Shown here: in pieces, positions 9,804-19,052 of the stretch
How positions within the stretch are numbered: the stretch's first letter is position 1
Layout of the letters: every line of letters starts with the position of its first letter
From: an uncultured Spirochaetota bacterium
GTDB lineage: Bacteria > Spirochaetota > Spirochaetia > SZUA-6 > Fen-1364
Length of the DNA: 64,000 bases
Reading direction: 5' to 3'
Assembly (NCBI GenBank): GCA_963734545.1
Contig: CAVTHO010000009.1
Coordinates: forward strand, 1-64,000
Position numbers and translations under genes: made by a program
The notes under the pieces: generated by a model
Told to the model about the DNA's origin: nothing
The model's database searches: none
The model's input: the letters and a program-made list of their open reading frames with translations, nothing else

Positions 9804-10865
9804 CTACACGCGCACCGGGTAGCCCCTGTATTTCTCCGCCGCCTGGTAGAATGCGCGGATATTCTCCATTGGCGTCGTAGGCTGTACATTGTGGGACGGG
9901 CAGAGGATATACCCTCCCCCGGGCGCGAGCTGCCCGAGGCGGAGCCTGACCTCTGCCTCGACGTCTCGCGGGCTGCCAAGGGGCAGCACTTTCTGATCAT
10001 CCACCGCGCCCCAGAATGACAGGCGTTGTCCATAACGTTTCTTCAATCGGCCCGGATCCATGGCAAGGGGCTGCACGGGGTTGAGGATGTCCACCCCTAC
10101 CTCGATCAGATCATCGATGACGGGCTCGATGAAGCCGCAGATGTGCACGGCGATCTTCAGCTCCGGCCGGGCCTGCTTGTATGCGCTGAACAGCCGTCCA
10201 TAGCGGGGCTTCACGAACTCGCGCCAGAGGGCCGGGGAGATCAGCATCCTGTCCTGGGTGCCCACGTCGTCGCCCGAGAGAAGAATATCGCAGCCCATCC
10301 GGGCCAGAATCAATCCTGCCGCAAGATAGAAACCGGCCACCTTGTCGATCAGCTCGTGCGCATAGTCCTTGTTGATGAGCATATCCTGCAGAAAACTCTC
10401 CATGCCCCGGAGATACCAGGGACCCTCGAACGCGGCGCAATGCACGCCGCCGACGATGCAGTGCGTCCGACCGTAGGCCTTGATCAGCGCCGAAATCTGG
10501 GAGTACTGCGCGGGCTCCTCCGGATCAGGCGGGCGATACGAGGCGAGCAGGGAATCGCTGCCGGCAAGCGGATGGCCGACGATTTCCGTATAGCTCCCGG
10601 CTCCATGAGAGTAGGAGGCGCGTGAGAATCGAATGCCCCACGGATCGACGTACTCATTTTCCTGAGACATGTAGAAGGAGCTCGCCATCCCGACGCTGGA
10701 CATCAGCAGATCGTGCCCGGATTCCACCCTCATGGCGAACGGGTCCTCGACCCCGGTCAGGCGAATCAGCTCGGCCTCGACCTCCGGGGTCATCCACAAG
10801 TCCGTCGGGACCCGGTCAGGCTCCTCATGGTCCAGGGCGACGAGAACGCGCTCCCGAGACGTCAT
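9804..10865 (-). CDS. Uroporphyrinogen decarboxylase / MtaA-CmuA family protein
   Basis: MTSRERVLVALDHEEPDRVP start, DDVGTQDRMLISP, HICG, LNPVQP, FWGAVD and GGGYILCPSHNVQ. Confidence 0.88.
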   Translation of the reverse strand: MTSRERVLVALDHEEPDRVPTDLWMTPEVEAELIRLTGVEDPFAMRVESGHDLLMSSVGMASSFYMSQENEYVDPWGIRFSRASYSHGAGSYTEIVGHPLAGSDSLLASYRPPDPEEPAQYSQISALIKAYGRTHCIVGGVHCAAFEGPWYLRGMESFLQDMLINKDYAHELIDKVAGFYLAAGLILARMGCDILLSGDDVGTQDRMLISPALWREFVKPRYGRLFSAYKQARPELKIAVHICGFIEPVIDDLIEVGVDILNPVQPLAMDPGRLKKRYGQRLSFWGAVDDQKVLPLGSPRDVEAEVRLRLGQLAPGGGYILCPSHNVQPTTPMENIRAFYQAAEKYRGYPVRV

Positions 10866-11899
10866 GGAAGCGTGATTGGCCGGCCTTCCCGCCAGGAACG
10901 TTGCGCGGCAACGACCACTTCCAGCGCTCTTCTGCCGTCTTCCCCGGTGGAGATCACCTCCCGTTCCCCCTTCACGACGCGAAGAAACCAGCGGTCCTCC
11001 TCCAGCACGTCTCCCACGACCTCGCCGTGCATCTGCGGCCAGTGAAGAGTTTCGGGAAACTTCCACCCCTCCTCATCAACGCCGACCAGCGTCATGGGGC
11101 GGTAGTCCAGATACAGCGAGCCCTTCTCCCCGATCAGCTCCAGGCACACGTCGCCGAACCCGCCCCAGGTCGAGGGCCGATGCCACTTCGCCATTGCCTC
11201 GGTGAGCCCCCAGCCCGTCTCCACGACAGCCAATCCGCCGTTCTTGAACCTGATCGTGATCCAGATGAAATCGTGGACTCCCAGCTCCTTCTTGACCGGT
11301 CCCTCGGCGATCTCGGCGCTCACCTTGACCGCCTTGTCATTGAAAAACCAGAAGATCTGGTCGATATCGTGAACGGAGATGTACTCCTCCACCTCCACCC
11401 GGCCGCCGAGGCGCCGTGCCTCGGCTATGGAAGTGTTGCGCCGCGCATAACAGACCATGGGTCTGCCGATTACTCCCTCGTCGACGGCCGTCTTGATCTG
11501 GGCGTAGCGCACGTCAAAGCGGAGGATATGGGCCATCATCAGCTTCACCTTCCGCCGGGCGGCCTCGCCGATGATGGCATCTGCATCTTCCAGCGTGGTG
11601 GCGATGGGCTTCTCCAGCAGGATGTGCTTCCCGGCCTTTGCGGCATCGACAACGGCGGAACGGTGCACGCTTTCCGGGCTCGCAATCACGACGGCCTGGA
11701 TGTCGCTCCTGGCGAGAAGCTCTTGGTGATCAGCATAAACCTCGAGGGGCTCGCTCTGGCCGGGAAGCCTCGGGCTTTCCTTTATCGCCGGATCACTCAC
11801 CGCGATGACACGCGCATCGGGCAGCTGCGACAAGGCCCGCGCATGGAGCATGCCCATGAATCCGGCGCCGATGATTCCGATTCCGATCTTTTCGTTCAC
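10862..11899 (-). CDS. Gfo/Idh/MocA family oxidoreductase (inositol dehydrogenase-like)
   Basis: GIIGAGFMG, HILLEKP, HILRFD and HDID motifs. Confidence 0.92.
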   Translation of the reverse strand: MNEKIGIGIIGAGFMGMLHARALSQLPDARVIAVSDPAIKESPRLPGQSEPLEVYADHQELLARSDIQAVVIASPESVHRSAVVDAAKAGKHILLEKPIATTLEDADAIIGEAARRKVKLMMAHILRFDVRYAQIKTAVDEGVIGRPMVCYARRNTSIAEARRLGGRVEVEEYISVHDIDQIFWFFNDKAVKVSAEIAEGPVKKELGVHDFIWITIRFKNGGLAVVETGWGLTEAMAKWHRPSTWGGFGDVCLELIGEKGSLYLDYRPMTLVGVDEEGWKFPETLHWPQMHGEVVGDVLEEDRWFLRVVKGEREVISTGEDGRRALEVVVAAQRSWREGRPITLP

Positions 11900-11903
11900 G
11901 CCT

Positions 11904-13566
11904 TTACTGCTCTTCTTCCTCGTCGAACTCGTCGAACTCCTTTACCAGGACGGGGTTCACCCAGCCCTCGGGAGCGCGTGCATCGGTGTCCTCCACGATC
12001 TGGACGTCAAGAGGATTCGTCATCCTTGCGTACAACAGCTCGAGCTCTTCGAAGTTCTCCTCGGGGTTGATCGGCATCGGCAGGAGCGCCATCTCCTCAT
12101 AGTAGGTATTCCCCGCGGGCACCGGGCACGAGCCGGGCCTGGTTCGCGGTGGAGAACGTATACACGAGTGGACGGCACGTGTAGACCCATTTGCTCCACT
12201 GCATGTACCTGTAGCGGTTGAAATACTTCGCAAGCCCGCCGTCCGCGCAGAAATCCGCGAGGCGCACGGTCACCATGCCCAGGCCGTACCGTGCCCTTGC
12301 GGTTGAAGAGGCAGGTCCAGGGCGTCTCCGCCGGCAGCACCTTGCCGTGACGGGGGTGCTTCGGGCCGTCCGTGATGGTCATCGTGCCCACGCTCCCGTC
12401 CGGTTGTCTCCAGGCGAACTCGTCCACCAGCTTGCGGTCCAGAACGATTTCCCCGTTCCGCAGGGCCTTTGCCGCGATGTCCTTGCGCACCTCCAGTCTT
12501 GTCGAGAAGAAAATCCACGGCGTGCGGGCGTAGAACCGGTACGTGACTGCCATGAAGGATTCTTCATTGTAGGGCTCGACATGGCCGCTGCGGTGCGTGG
12601 ACACGAAGACCGGCCCCTTCAGGTCCGAGTGGCGGGGCGGCGGGTCCCAGTCCGATGCATGCAGCCAGGGCTTGGGCGGCGCGTAGAAGCAGGGGTTCCA
12701 CTGGAGCGCGCCGTTGGTCTCGATATGATGGTAGAACCTGTGCATTCACCCCCATCTTCATCTGGATGTCGTCGATTGCGCCGCTCTTCGGCGAAAGGAC
12801 CACCGTGTAGTAGGGGTTGTCGATCGTGAGCCCCACGCCCGTGCCGCTCACTGACAGATCTCCGCCGGAGACCGGAGCTTTCGCCTTGGGATTGCCGTAG
12901 AAGGCCAGGTAGACGCGCGCGGAGTCGGCGGGCACGTCGGCAAAGAAGGCGAGCTGGAACGTGGTGCAGGGCTGGTACTCGTCCCCGACCTGCAGACCTT
13001 CAGCAGTGAAGGTGCCGCACCTCGTGGACCTGGCAGGGGACCTCGCGGTGCACGCCGGAGAGGGGATCCACGGACACCACGCGCAGCTCTCTTTCAGGAT
13101 CCTGGACCCGGTCCGCGTAGACCGCCATGTTCGTGTGGACCGGCTCGTCGCGCCGGTCGATGCCCGCCGTCTCCCGGCAGACGAAGCCGGCATAGTACTT
13201 CCAGGCAGGATCCCAGTACCCGCCATAGGCGGGCGCCGCGATCCTCGCCTTGAGGGCCAGGGGCTGTGTCCCTGTCGGGCCATCCGCGGCGACCTCGACC
13301 GACGACTCCTCGCCGGCCCTCCAATCCCAGCGCAGAACCAGCTCGCTGTGGCCTCCGCCTTCCAGCTCGGAGTCCTTCATGAAACGGCTGTTGTGATAGG
13401 GTGCGAAGTCCCGCACCCGCACGCCGTTTACCTTCACCAGCTTGATCTGGTAGCGGGCGGTCCCCTCGATCGTGAACATCAGGCGGATGTGGTAGAAGGG
13501 GTGCTGCGGGGTGGGGAAGCCGCAGTTGGCTCGCACCAGGTCATGCGGTTTTTTCTTTGTCGCCAT
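11904..13566 (-). CDS. Conserved-looking hypothetical protein of ~550 aa, split by about 4 frameshifts
   Basis: ATG 13566 follows GAGGAGG. Consecutive overlapping ORFs (13000-13584, 12564-13283, 12020-12745, 11904-12233) join into one Trp/Tyr-rich, beta-rich protein ending in an acidic tail. Confidence 0.65.
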
Positions 13567-13634
13567 TGTCAATCCTCCTCGCACGGATATTTCGCGGGGC
13601 TCTCGCCCGAATCACATTTTGTCGTCACAAACGG

Positions 13635-14515
13635 CTAGTATTTGCTCGCTCCGAGGATGATGTTCTCCACGACGAACTTCCAGACGATGATCACGAGGAT
13701 CAGCGTCGGTATCAGCGTGAGCAGCACACCCGCCATGAGCAGTCCCCAGGCCATGTCCGGGTTGGTGGACAGCGAGGCCATGACCACCGAGATGGTGCGC
13801 GAATTGACCGTTCCCCCCAGAACCAGGGCGTAGAGGAACTCCGAGTAGGACAGCATGAAGGCGAACAGGCCGGTGGCCACGATGCTGGAGGCAGACAGCG
13901 GGAGGGTGATCTTGCGGAAGATCTGCATGGGGCTGGCCCCGTCCACCCGGGCCGACTCCTCGATCTCCACGGGGATCTTGCGGAAGAACAGCGACAGGAT
14001 CAGCACGGAGAACGGAAGGGTCAGCAGGCTGTGCACCAGGATGATGGCGAGCAGCGTGTCCAGCAGGCCCGCCGCCTGCACGATGAGGTAGAAGGGGACC
14101 ACCAGCGCCGCCGCGGGGATCAGCCGGCACATGACGATGCCCATGAAGGTGCCCTGCTTGCCGCGGAAGTTCATGCGGGCGAAGGCGTACGCGGACATGC
14201 TCGCGAACAGCGACGTTGACGGCCATCACCGACACGGCGATGACGGCGCTGTTGAGCATGGCCCGGGGGATCTGCCGCGCCTCCTCGCTGATCATGGCCC
14301 GATTGGAGCCGCTTCTCGTGGATGTCGTGGGGAGGGTGCCGAAGAAGATGTACTTGTAGTTCTCGAGGCTCGGCCTCTCGGAGAACCACCTGCGGCGGAG
14401 AAGAGAGAAGCGCGGACTCCGGGATGACGCCGCCAAGGGCGGTCAGGATGAGGGGACCCGCGCTGAAGAGAAAGACCACCACGGCGAAGACGTAGATGAA
14501 GATCTTCCTGGCCAT
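13635..14515 (-). CDS. Carbohydrate ABC transporter permease (MalG-like), 2 frameshifts
   Basis: EAA loop IPVEIEESARVDGAS, plus SLENYKYIF and AYAFARMNFRGK. Confidence 0.88.
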
Positions 14516-14519
14516 CGCC

Positions 14520-15407
14520 CTACTCCTCTTCCAGCGTCATGCCGCTGGGGATCGCCTTGATGATGAGCATGATCAGTCCGAGGGTGATCAGCGCCACGAT
14601 GACTCCCAGGGCCGCTCCCCGACCGAAGTTGAGCTGGCTGAAGGATTCTGCCCAGATGAAGTACGACAGCAGCGTGGTGGCGCCGCCGGGACCGCCGCCG
14701 GTCATCGAGTAGGTCACGTCGTAGGTGGTCAGGCCCATGATGAGCTCATAGATGAACGCGACGCCCATCATGCCTGCCACTTGAGGGAGAGTGACGTGGA
14801 GCAGGCGCCGGAAGGGTCCGGCGCCGTCGACCTCGGCCGCTTCGTACAGCTCCTTGTTGATGGTGGTCAGGGCCGCCATGAGCAGGACGCTCGCGAAGGG
14901 GATCTGTGTCCAGATGTGCGCGACCATGGTCGAGAACTTCGCGAGGATCCTGTTGTCCAGCCACTCGACGCCGCGGGCGATGATGTGCAGCTTGATGAGA
15001 AGGGTATTGAGGATCCCCCACTGCTCCTGGAAAATCCAGTACCACAGGATACCGGAGATGGCGCCGGGAATGGCCCAGGGGAGCAGGACCACGGCGCGGA
15101 TGATCCCGCGGCCGACAAAATGGGTCAGCAGGAGCCGTCCCACGCCCAGCGAGACGATGACGATAAGAGGGGAGGTGATGGCCATGAAGATCAGCGTGTT
15201 CACCAGGGCTTCGCGGAAGTAGACGCTGGTGAACACCTGGGCGTAGTTCTTCAACCCTACGAAGGGCTGTATGGGAAGCACAAGGATGATCTGGAAGAGG
15301 CTGTTGTAGATCGCGTATCCGAAGGGAAACACGGTAAAGGTGATGACGATGAGGAGCACCGGGAACAGCCACTGGATGGGATACCGGGAAAAGTCTCTGC
15401 CGCGCAC
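14520..15407 (-). CDS. Carbohydrate ABC transporter permease (MalF-like)
   Basis: FVGLKNY, EAA loop ELYEAAEVDGAG and MTGGGPG. Confidence 0.92.
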   Translation of the reverse strand: MRGRDFSRYPIQWLFPVLLIVITFTVFPFGYAIYNSLFQIILVLPIQPFVGLKNYAQVFTSVYFREALVNTLIFMAITSPLIVIVSLGVGRLLLTHFVGRGIIRAVVLLPWAIPGAISGILWYWIFQEQWGILNTLLIKLHIIARGVEWLDNRILAKFSTMVAHIWTQIPFASVLLMAALTTINKELYEAAEVDGAGPFRRLLHVTLPQVAGMMGVAFIYELIMGLTTYDVTYSMTGGGPGGATTLLSYFIWAESFSQLNFGRGAALGVIVALITLGLIMLIIKAIPSGMTLEEE

Positions 15408-15446
15408 CGCATGCTCCTTTGGAGTGTCTCGAGAGAGTGCCGCGAG

Positions 15447-15483
15447 AAAAACCGGGCACCCGGGGAAAGACCCCGGATGCCCG
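15447..15483 (-). terminator. Intercistronic hairpin / partial terminator after the binding-protein gene
   Basis: Minus strand CGGGCATCCGGGG-TCTTT-CCCCGGGTGCCCG followed by GTTTTT. Confidence 0.7.
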
Positions 15484-15515
15484 TCAGAGTTGAACGTGTT
15501 CCGTCGATCTCAGCT

Positions 15516-16779
15516 CTACCGGCCCATCAGCTTCTTGTAGTTGTTCCACTCCGCGGCGCCCTGGTCCATGACTTCCTGCACAGTGGCGTCGCCGTTGATC
15601 GCCTTGGCCACCAGCGGGCGGAAGAACTGGCTCCACATTCCCTTCCACTCGGTCTGCACGTCGTTCTTCGCGAGCTTGGCCTGGTTCTTGAACTTCGCCA
15701 TGTCGATCCAGCCGCCCCAGGCGGCCTTGACATCCGTGTCGTCGAACAGCGGAAGGGCGGCGAATCCGAGGCCCTTTTCCACGGCCCAGCGCTTGGCGAC
15801 CTTGTAGTCACCGCCACCGAAGGCTTCGATGAACTTCCAGGCGGCGTTTCTGCGGGCCGGATCCTTGGCCGCCTGCGCCGTCATGCAGTAGAACTTCGCG
15901 AACCCGAGAGCCCCATGAGCGGCGCCGGGCATCTCGACCATGTCGAACTGGCCTGCCAGCGCAGAGGGTGCGCGGTTCATCTCCGCGAGCATGTAGTTGT
16001 ACAGAACGGTGTAGACGTGCTGGCCCGTGTTCATTCCGATGGCCACCTTGGACTCATGTGGATAGTACGCGATGTACCCTTCCTTCTTCGCATCCTGCAG
16101 CCACTGCAGCTGCTTGAACGCCTCGGAGTTCGGGTCGTTGAACACAGGGTTGAGCTTGGCGTCGAACATCGTCCCGCCGCGGCCGTAGACCTGGGAGACG
16201 TAGGCCGACCAGAAGTTGGGCAGCGTGGCGTCATACTCGTAGGCAAAAGGTTTGTCGATCCCGGCGCCCGCGGCCTTTTCCATGCCCGCCCACACATCGT
16301 CCCATGTCTTTGGAGCGGCGACGCCGAAGTCGTTCAGCAGCTTCTTGTTGTACTGGAAGGTGATGAGGTCGGCGTAGTAGGAAAGCCCGTACACCTTGCC
16401 GTTGTACGTCATGTCTGACAAGGGCGTAGCCGGCTGTCTTGGCTTTGTACTGCTTCACGGCGGGGTAGTAGTCTTCGAGTGGTGCGACCCAGCCGGCAGC
16501 AGCGAACTCAGGCAGCCAGTCCTCGCCGTTGTACATGATGTCCGTCTTCGTCTTGCCCTTGAACCGCAGCACCATGGTGTCGTGGTAGGTGTTCCAGGAG
16601 TAGCTGGTGAGCTTCACGTTGATGTTCGGGTTGGCCGCCTCGAACTGGGAGATGTTGTCCTGGATGGTCTCCAGCGAGTAGTTCCAGACCACGAACTCCA
16701 GGTTCACCTTCTGCGCAAAGACGAGCGCGGGCATCAGGAGGAGAAGTGCCAAGCCCAATCCCCATATCGATTTCTTCAT
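15516..16779 (-). CDS. Sugar ABC transporter extracellular solute-binding protein (family 1), +1 frameshift at ~16422
   Basis: Signal peptide MKKSIWGLGLALLLLMPALVFA, FEAANPNINV, WLPEFAAAG, YNGKVYGL..YNKKLL and APKTWDD. Confidence 0.9.
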
Positions 16780-16808
16780 AGATACCCCCTACTCCAAGAG
16801 TGAGTGCG

Positions 16809-16989
16809 GATTCAACCACGTTGAATCAATTCCGGATCCTATACCATCCGCCTGTCGGCCGCAACCTTTTTTTCGTCCCGAAGCGGCATTTTAGGCCCTT
16901 TTTCGCCGGAATTCGCTCCCTCCCGCCGCGCTGTTGACGCGGGAGGGCCCCGGGAGCATGATTATTAACCTCTTATGTTAATAATTGCC
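16809..16989. promoter_or_regulatory. Divergent sigma70 promoter cassette, copy 2, with the identical 25-bp operator
   Basis: TTGCGG(16864-16859)-N17-TAGGAT(16841-16836) and TTGACG(16934)-N17-CATGAT(16957-16962). ATTATTAACCTCTTATGTTAATAAT at 16961-16985. Confidence 0.85.
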
Positions 16990-17072
16990 CTCTTCGCCCC
17001 GTTTCCGGGGATGTCATGCCTGTCCCCACGTGGGATTGATCTCACCGCGACAATGGCAGAACATGCTGAACC

Positions 17073-18476
17073 ATGAACGAGCTCGACCGGCTGGTCGCCG
17101 CGCTCCGCCAGGGGGATCTCCCCGTGCCTTCTGCGCTTCTTCCGCGTATTGCCCGGCTCGAAACGCTGTTTCGTTCTCGTTTCGCGGGACAGGGAGACTC
17201 CCGGGTCTTTCTGGGCTTTGTTCCCGGCCGCATCGAGGTACTGGGAAAGCACACGGACTATGCGGGCGGCCACAGCATTGTCTGCGCGATCGACAGGGGA
17301 TTCCTTTTCCTGGCCGGCCCCAACGGGATCGGCCGCATCCGGATGGCCGAGGACTCGTCTGAGTTCGCGGCCCTGGACTTCCCGCTGGGACCGTCTCTCC
17401 AGCCGCCCGCGGGGAGCTGGGCCAACTATCCGATGACCATGGCACGGAGGCTCGCGGTCAACTTCAGCGGGGACCGCGGAATGGCGGGGGTGGACATCGC
17501 TTTCTCGAGTGACATGCCTGTGGGCAGCGGGATGAGCGGCTCTTCCGCTCTCATGATGATGACGTTCTGCGCGATATCCTGGACAAATCGGCTGCATGAG
17601 AGAGAGACATTCACGCGCACCATCAGGGACGGCATCGATCTTGCCATGTACATGGCATCCTGCGAGAACGGACAGACTTTCAGGGAGCTCGCGGGCGACA
17701 GGGGTGTCGGTACATTCGGGGGATCCGAGGACCATACGGCGATCCTCAACTGCCGGGCGGGCCGGCTCTCGCTGTTCAGCTACGCCCCGACGGTCTTCAA
17801 GGCGGAGATGCAGTGGCCGGTGGAATGGGCACTCGTGGTCGCGTTTTCCGGCATAAGGGCCGAGAAAACGGCGCAGGCCCTGGAGAAGTACAATCTTGCT
17901 GCGCGACGAGCGGCCCTCGCGGTGGAAGCCTACAATCGGCGATTCGGCACCGACCTGCGCAACCTCGGTGAGATCGCTGCACGCAACCGTGAGGGAAGCA
18001 ATGCCCGGCTGACGCAGGATATCGCGCGCAGCGCCCCCGAGCACGCGCAGCTGGACCTTGCCGGCCGTCTCCGTCACTTCCTTCTCGAAGAAGAGAAGTA
18101 TATTCCGGCGGCTGTCAGAGGGCTCCTCTGCCGGAACGCGGAGGCTTTCGGCGCCGCCCTCAGCTCTTCCCATCGGGCTTCCAGGAGGTTATTGCGGAAC
18201 ATCGCGCCCGAGATCGACTACCTGCAGCGCTCCGCCGTCTCGCTGGGCACGTCTGGCGCCAGTGGATTCGGAGCCGGCTTCGGCGGAAGCATAGTCGCGG
18301 TGCTTCCGGCAGCCCGCGCCGAGCCTTTCGCGAAGGATTGGCAGGAGGCATATGCCCGCAGGTACCCGAAGGCGGCCGGAGAGGCTTCCTTCTTCAGGAC
18401 GGCGCCCGGACCGGGCATACGGCTCTGGGACCTGGACGGGGAGAAGAGGTTCGTGGACGAGATGTTCCATCAGTGA
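17073..18476 (+). CDS. GHMP family sugar kinase (galactokinase-like, atypical sugar-binding motif)
   Basis: PGRIEVLGKHTDY, the ATP loop PVGSGMSGSSA and GASGFGAGFGG. Confidence 0.85.
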   Translation: MNELDRLVAALRQGDLPVPSALLPRIARLETLFRSRFAGQGDSRVFLGFVPGRIEVLGKHTDYAGGHSIVCAIDRGFLFLAGPNGIGRIRMAEDSSEFAALDFPLGPSLQPPAGSWANYPMTMARRLAVNFSGDRGMAGVDIAFSSDMPVGSGMSGSSALMMMTFCAISWTNRLHERETFTRTIRDGIDLAMYMASCENGQTFRELAGDRGVGTFGGSEDHTAILNCRAGRLSLFSYAPTVFKAEMQWPVEWALVVAFSGIRAEKTAQALEKYNLAARRAALAVEAYNRRFGTDLRNLGEIAARNREGSNARLTQDIARSAPEHAQLDLAGRLRHFLLEEEKYIPAAVRGLLCRNAEAFGAALSSSHRASRRLLRNIAPEIDYLQRSAVSLGTSGASGFGAGFGGSIVAVLPAARAEPFAKDWQEAYARRYPKAAGEASFFRTAPGPGIRLWDLDGEKRFVDEMFHQ

Positions 18477-18524
18477 CCGGGTAAGTGCGACACCGGGCAT
18501 TCATTCGCCGCGGATTCCGATATC

Positions 18525-19052
18525 ATGTCCCGCATGGAAAACGAGAGACTGGCGGGTGCGCTCGCCTCTGCCGGCCTGGAAGTCCGTCAAGGACCCCGGC
18601 CGGGAGACATCGGCGAGCTGGTCCGGCTGCACGGGGTCCTGTACGCGAAGGAACACGGCTACAGCCTTTCATTCGAGGCATACGTTGCAAAGACACTCTC
18701 CGACTACAGTTGGCCCCTGGGAGAGCGGGAAAGGCTCTGGCTGCTGGAGAAAGAAGGCTCCCTCCTCGGCTCCATCGCCATTGTCCAGGCCTCCCCGACG
18801 GAGGCACAGCTTCGCTGGCTGCTCCTCGATCCCCGGATCAGGGGACTCGGATTTGGCGGAGGACTGGTGGCGGAGGCAGTGGACTTCAGCCGCGCGTGCC
18901 GCTATGAGACGGTATTCCTCTGGACAGAGGGCTCCCTCGCCACTGCGACCGCGCTCTATCGGAAGGCGGGATTCATCCTGACCCAGCGCAAACCAGGTTT
19001 CATCTGGGGCGCCGCGCGCATAGAGGAGCGCTACGAGCTGCGCCTCTCATGA
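18525..19052 (+). CDS. GNAT family N-acetyltransferase
   Basis: AQLRWLLLDPRIRGLGFGG and ALYRKAGF. Confidence 0.9.
   Translation: MSRMENERLAGALASAGLEVRQGPRPGDIGELVRLHGVLYAKEHGYSLSFEAYVAKTLSDYSWPLGERERLWLLEKEGSLLGSIAIVQASPTEAQLRWLLLDPRIRGLGFGGGLVAEAVDFSRACRYETVFLWTEGSLATATALYRKAGFILTQRKPGFIWGAARIEERYELRLS

Noticed and set aside
3738-16989. Duplicated cassette as the direct repeats or att sites of a 13-kb mobile element
   Set aside because: No integrase or transposase is present, and conservation is concentrated on the promoter boxes and operator, which indicates regulatory selection.
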